Shown piece after piece: positions 59,723 to 64,000 of a DNA stretch of 64,000 nucleotides. The notes beneath the pieces were generated by a model that saw only the letters and a program-made list of their open reading frames with translations, made no database searches and was not told where the DNA came from. A program made the translations under genes and the position numbers. This DNA is from Candidatus Multivoradales bacterium (GTDB lineage Bacteria; Acidobacteriota; Thermoanaerobaculia; Multivoradales; JAHEKO01), in the NCBI GenBank assembly GCA_965248055.1, contig CBDFIJ010000004.1:736001-800000 (forward strand), given 5' to 3'. Position 1 is the stretch's first letter. Every line of letters begins with the position of its first letter.

Positions 59723-60847
59723 TCACCCTTCCCCCCAAGGATTCGGCAGGAATTTCTCCAGTTCTCGCCTGACTAGGCCCGACTCAACTCCGTTGTGGAA
59801 ACAATAGTTTCCGACTCCGTTGGGCAACACCCAGATCACGCCCTCGGCGGTAACCTTCTTGTCCTTGGCCATCGCAGCTAGTAAGTCGTCCACATCCAAT
59901 TCCGGTAGATTGGTTAGATCCAGATCACGCAATAAGCTGGCAACCCGATTCTGACTCTGACGCTGCAGCGCTGTTGCATTTCCTTGCGCATCATCGGTGC
60001 CCAGTGCGTTGGCCAACTGAAATGCGAACAAGATGCCGTAGGCGACCGCTTCTCCGTGCAGCAAAGTCTGGCCACGATCGATCGCTTCCAATCCATGCCC
60101 TAGGGTGTGTCCAAAATTCAGAACCCGACGCAGACTCCGCTCCTCCAGGTCTTGCTCAACCACCCGCAGCTTGGTCTCCACAGCTCGCGCAATCACCGTT
60201 TGCAAAGCATCCGCATCGCCGGTCAACAAGTCCTGCCAGCGACCCTCGACCAATTCAAACAACTTCCGGTCGTAGACCACGCCCAATTTCAGCGCCTCGA
60301 CCAGACCCGCCTGGCGTTGGCGTCGATCCTCGGTGGCGAGAACTTGCGAATCGGCAAGCACCCAGGCGGGCGCCGCCACCGCCCCAACCACGTTCTTAAT
60401 TCCACCCAAGTTGACGCCGTTCTTGCCTCCCACCGCCGCGTCAACCTGCGCCAAAGTGGTCGTCGGCAGCAGGGCGAATTCGACCCCACGCAGATAACTG
60501 GCAGCGACAAAACCGGCCAGGTCGGTGGTCGCGCCGCCGCCCAACGCCAAGATCACGCACTCGCGAGTGGCGCCGCCCTGCGCCAAACGACGCCACGTGC
60601 CTTCTGCCTCTGACAGCGATTTGGCCGATTCGCCATCGGCAATCTCCAACACAGCCCAAGCACTCGCTTTAGTCCGTAGCGCATCGAGCCGCTCTAGATG
60701 GAGCGAAGCAACACTCGACGCCGTCAGCAAAAAGGCCTGCCGCCCTTCCAGCCAATCTAGAAAGCCCTCGGGAGGGTGCGTTAAGCAGCCCGCCTCGACC
60801 ACATGACGCGTCACGCCTTCGCGACGCCACCGACTGGAATAGTTCAT
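59723..60847 (-). CDS. aroB: 3-dehydroquinate synthase
   Basis: GGGATTD, QVDAAVGGK, LNFGHT, HGEAV. Confidence 0.94.
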   Translation of the reverse strand: MNYSSRWRREGVTRHVVEAGCLTHPPEGFLDWLEGRQAFLLTASSVASLHLERLDALRTKASAWAVLEIADGESAKSLSEAEGTWRRLAQGGATRECVILALGGGATTDLAGFVAASYLRGVEFALLPTTTLAQVDAAVGGKNGVNLGGIKNVVGAVAAPAWVLADSQVLATEDRRQRQAGLVEALKLGVVYDRKLFELVEGRWQDLLTGDADALQTVIARAVETKLRVVEQDLEERSLRRVLNFGHTLGHGLEAIDRGQTLLHGEAVAYGILFAFQLANALGTDDAQGNATALQRQSQNRVASLLRDLDLTNLPELDVDDLLAAMAKDKKVTAEGVIWVLPNGVGNYCFHNGVESGLVRRELEKFLPNPWGEG

Positions 60848-62646
60848 TCCGCTTGATCTGACTCCGTGGGCACCATGGCAATACCAAGCTCAGCCAACTG
60901 AGCAGAATCCACCGGGGTCGGCGCTTCGGTCATCAAGCACGCCGCTGAAGTGGTCTTGGGAAACGCGATCACATCCCGCAAAGACTTGGCCCCGGTCATC
61001 AACATGACGATGCGGTCCAAACCCAAGGCAATGCCACCGTGGGGCGGAGCGCCGTAGCGCAGGGCTTCCAAAAAGAATCCAAATCTCTCTTCGGCTTCCT
61101 GCGGATCGATGCCGAGCTTGTCAAACACCCGACGCTGCAATTCGGGATCGTGAATCCGTAGCGACCCGCCACCCAGTTCAAATCCGTTGAGTACCACGTC
61201 ATAGGCGCGGGAACGCACCGCCCCAGGATCCATTTCCCCTTTCTCCATCGCCTGCCATTGTTCCAAGTTGGGCATGGTAAAAGGATGGTGTACTGAAAGC
61301 CAACGCTGATCATCTTGGCTGTACTCGAACATCGGAAAATCCACCACCCATAGGAAGCGCCACAGACTTGTGTCGATCACCTCCTGGGCTCTGGCGATCT
61401 CGGCCCGCAACGCCCCCAATGCGGTGCAGGAGACACTCCAATCACCCGCCACAATCAAGCCAAGGTCGCCCTCTTCTAAGCCCAACTCATCTGCGGCGGC
61501 GTTCGCCTCCGCATCGCTCAGCGCCGTCTTGACCTGGAAGCTGACGCCCTCGGCGGTACGTTTCAGCCACAGCACGCCAACCGCTCCGTGCTTGCGCGCC
61601 AGATCACCCCAAGCGTCGAGTTCCCGGCGCGTGGCGTTAGCTGCTCCCGGCACCCGCAGTGCCTTGATCACGCCGCCACCCTCCACCGCCGCTTGGAAAC
61701 CGCGAAAACCGCTGGTCCCCAGAGTCGTTGACAGATCGGCGAGCTGCCAATCAAAACGCAGGTCAGGACGGTCGGAACCAAATCGATTCATCGCCTCGCG
61801 GTAGTCGAGCCTTGGAAAGGGAGCCTCGATCGCAATGCCGATCGAAGCGAACAGACGCACGAACAGGTTCTCAATCAATTGGTAGATGTCCTCTTCTTCG
61901 ATGAAGGACATCTCCAGGTCTACCTGAGTGAACTCCGGCTGGCGATCCGCGCGCAGGTCTTCATCGCGAAAACAGCGAGCGATCTGGGCATAGCGCTCCA
62001 TCCCGGCCACCATCAGAATTTGCTTGAACAACTGTGGTGACTGCGGCAACGCATAGAACGAGCCCGAGGAAACACGACTCGGAACCAAGTAGTCACGAGC
62101 CCCTTCCGGGGTCGATCGGGTCAAGATCGGAGTCTCCACTTGCACGAACTCCTGTTCGTCCAAATACTTGCGCACCTCCAGATCCAGCCTGGACCGCAGA
62201 ATCAAGTTGTTCTGCAGTTCTGGTCGCCTGAGCTCCAGATATCGATAGCGCAAGCGCGTTTCTTCACTGGCGTCCACCTTACCTTCCGGGCTCACCGGCA
62301 ATGCGTCGGACTTAGCCACCACGCCACCACTCTGCGCCTCGACTTCAATCTCTCCGGTCGGCAAATCCGGATTCACCGCCCCGGCATCACGAGCCACCAC
62401 CTGCCCGACGATCTCGATCACCCACTCCAAGCGAGCTTCGCCGAGCCGAGTGGCCAATCCGTTATCCACATCGCCATCCGGGTCGCTGCTAACCACCACC
62501 TGAACAATCCCGCTGCGGTCGCGGACATCGAAAAAGGTCAAGCCACCGTGTACCCTACGACGCTGAACCCAGCCAACAACGCGCACCTCACGACCAATAT
62601 CTTGGCGGCCTAGGTCGCCACCCCACACTCTTGCCAGACCAGTCAT
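60844..62646 (-). CDS. aspS: Aspartate--tRNA ligase
   Basis: TPEGARDY, LPQSPQLFKQ, FRDED, GLDR. Confidence 0.98.
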   Translation of the reverse strand: MTGLARVWGGDLGRQDIGREVRVVGWVQRRRVHGGLTFFDVRDRSGIVQVVVSSDPDGDVDNGLATRLGEARLEWVIEIVGQVVARDAGAVNPDLPTGEIEVEAQSGGVVAKSDALPVSPEGKVDASEETRLRYRYLELRRPELQNNLILRSRLDLEVRKYLDEQEFVQVETPILTRSTPEGARDYLVPSRVSSGSFYALPQSPQLFKQILMVAGMERYAQIARCFRDEDLRADRQPEFTQVDLEMSFIEEEDIYQLIENLFVRLFASIGIAIEAPFPRLDYREAMNRFGSDRPDLRFDWQLADLSTTLGTSGFRGFQAAVEGGGVIKALRVPGAANATRRELDAWGDLARKHGAVGVLWLKRTAEGVSFQVKTALSDAEANAAADELGLEEGDLGLIVAGDWSVSCTALGALRAEIARAQEVIDTSLWRFLWVVDFPMFEYSQDDQRWLSVHHPFTMPNLEQWQAMEKGEMDPGAVRSRAYDVVLNGFELGGGSLRIHDPELQRRVFDKLGIDPQEAEERFGFFLEALRYGAPPHGGIALGLDRIVMLMTGAKSLRDVIAFPKTTSAACLMTEAPTPVDSAQLAELGIAMVPTESDQAE

Positions 62647-63911
62647 TCTTCGGTTTCCTTGTTTGTCATGATGCTAACCAGTTGTTCGAGGCTGGCGACC
62701 GTCTGTTGCTCCCCGCTGGTCAAATTCTTAGCCGTCCAGCTTCCAGCCGCGATCTCCTCTTCCCCTACCAGCACAACCCAGCCAGCCCCTCGCCGGTCTG
62801 CCGCCCTAAGTGCTTTGCCGATACCCCTATCTGCAGTGCCCAGGTCCGCTTGTAGGCCAGCGGCACGCAGAGTTGCAGCAGCCTCAAGTCCAGGTGTCAC
62901 CGCTTCCTCGTCCAACGGCAACACCACCACTCGCAGACTAGCTTGATCGTCTTGCGACTTGGGCATCGCCTCACACACCCGGTCCAATCCGATGGCAAAG
63001 CCAATCGCCGGAGTTGCCGGACCACCCAGCTCGGCAACTAGGTTGTCGTAGCGCCCACCACCAACCAACGCATCCTGTGCCCCCAAAGCGGAGCTAGCAA
63101 TCTCAAAGACCAGTCCGGTGTAGTAATCCAGCCCGCGCACCAAAGAAGGCTCGACTCGGTAGGCGATATTCAAAACCTCTAATAGCTCACGAACCCGCTC
63201 AAAGTGGCTGCGCGCTTCCGGGCTGAGATAGGACTCCATACGCGGAGCGTCGGCAACGATCTCGCGATCAACGGGAGACTTCGAATCCAGAATCCGCAGC
63301 GGGTTGGTATCCAAACGGGCTTGGCTATCCTCGGACAACTGCGCTCGGTATGGCTCCAGGTAGTCGACCAAGGCCGCTCCATAGTCCGCTCGACTTTGGT
63401 CATCGCCCAGAGTCTGCAGCGCAACCTCCAAGCCAGAGAACCCGCAACCGGCGAGAAACTCCACCAGCATCTGAATCACTTCGACGTCGGCTTCGGGGCG
63501 TGGATCGCCGATCAATTCGGCTCCGATCTGAAAAAACTGCCGATACCGACCCTTCTGTGGACGCTCGTAGCGGAAGTACGGACCTAGATAAAACAACTTC
63601 AACGGCAAAGGGGTACCGCGCAGCCCGCGCTCAACAACCGCGCGCACTACCGGGGCCGTACCTTCGGGACGCAGCGTTAGGCTCCGTCCGCCCCGATCTT
63701 CGAAGGTGTACATCTCCTTGCCGACGATGTCGGTAGACTCGCCCACCGAGCGAACAAAGAGCTCGGTGCGTTCCGCCAACGGGGTCCGAATCTCTCGGTA
63801 GCCGTAGGAGGAAAAAACCTGCTGTGCTCGGGCTTCAACCGCCTGAAACACCGCACTCAACTCCTCGTCGAGCACGCGCATTCCTTTGACGCTGGGGATT
63901 TGGTTGGCCAT
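62643..63911 (-). CDS. hisS: Histidine--tRNA ligase
   Basis: LRPEGT, FRYERPQKGR, VRGLDYY, GGRYD. Confidence 0.98.
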   Translation of the reverse strand: MANQIPSVKGMRVLDEELSAVFQAVEARAQQVFSSYGYREIRTPLAERTELFVRSVGESTDIVGKEMYTFEDRGGRSLTLRPEGTAPVVRAVVERGLRGTPLPLKLFYLGPYFRYERPQKGRYRQFFQIGAELIGDPRPEADVEVIQMLVEFLAGCGFSGLEVALQTLGDDQSRADYGAALVDYLEPYRAQLSEDSQARLDTNPLRILDSKSPVDREIVADAPRMESYLSPEARSHFERVRELLEVLNIAYRVEPSLVRGLDYYTGLVFEIASSALGAQDALVGGGRYDNLVAELGGPATPAIGFAIGLDRVCEAMPKSQDDQASLRVVVLPLDEEAVTPGLEAAATLRAAGLQADLGTADRGIGKALRAADRRGAGWVVLVGEEEIAAGSWTAKNLTSGEQQTVASLEQLVSIMTNKETEE

Positions 63912-64000
63912 GGTTCGTTCTAGTCGGTTTTCGTCCTGGGCAGTGAGTTACCGATGGAATCCTGCAGCCCGATCCAATCGAGCGCAAAAAAACCGTAGCA

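Overview
Bacterial chromosome segment, GC-rich and mostly minus-strand. It is probably Acidobacteriota (inferred from two tandem Acidobacterial-type VWA proteins and the gene order). About 55 kb is ordinary housekeeping: glyQS-recO-mgtE-era-ybeY-HD-phoH, guaA/gpsA/cinA, apt-pcm-surE-mtnP, lpxA-fabZ-lpxD-skp-bamA-clpC-lolDE-lysS and ftsY-aroB-aspS-hisS. The standout is a 9,441-bp element integrated in tRNA-Arg(CCT), bounded by a 49-bp direct repeat (30269-30317 / 39710-39758). All its genes run in one direction: tyrosine integrase, HTH protein, AlpA/Xis-like protein, a primase-less DnaB-N/AAA helicase whose 3' end holds about 10 iteron-like repeats, a TerS-like protein, a full-length TerL, two unknown proteins and unknown cargo. 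No portal, capsid, tail, lysis or repressor gene is recognisable. This looks like a phage-satellite type that brings its own complete terminase but no head genes. Three single-base frameshifts in conserved genes (nnr, DUF62, lpxA) look like sequencing errors. Several genes show a leaderless promoter layout. No CRISPR array or rRNA was seen. All product calls come from motif recognition; no database search was run.
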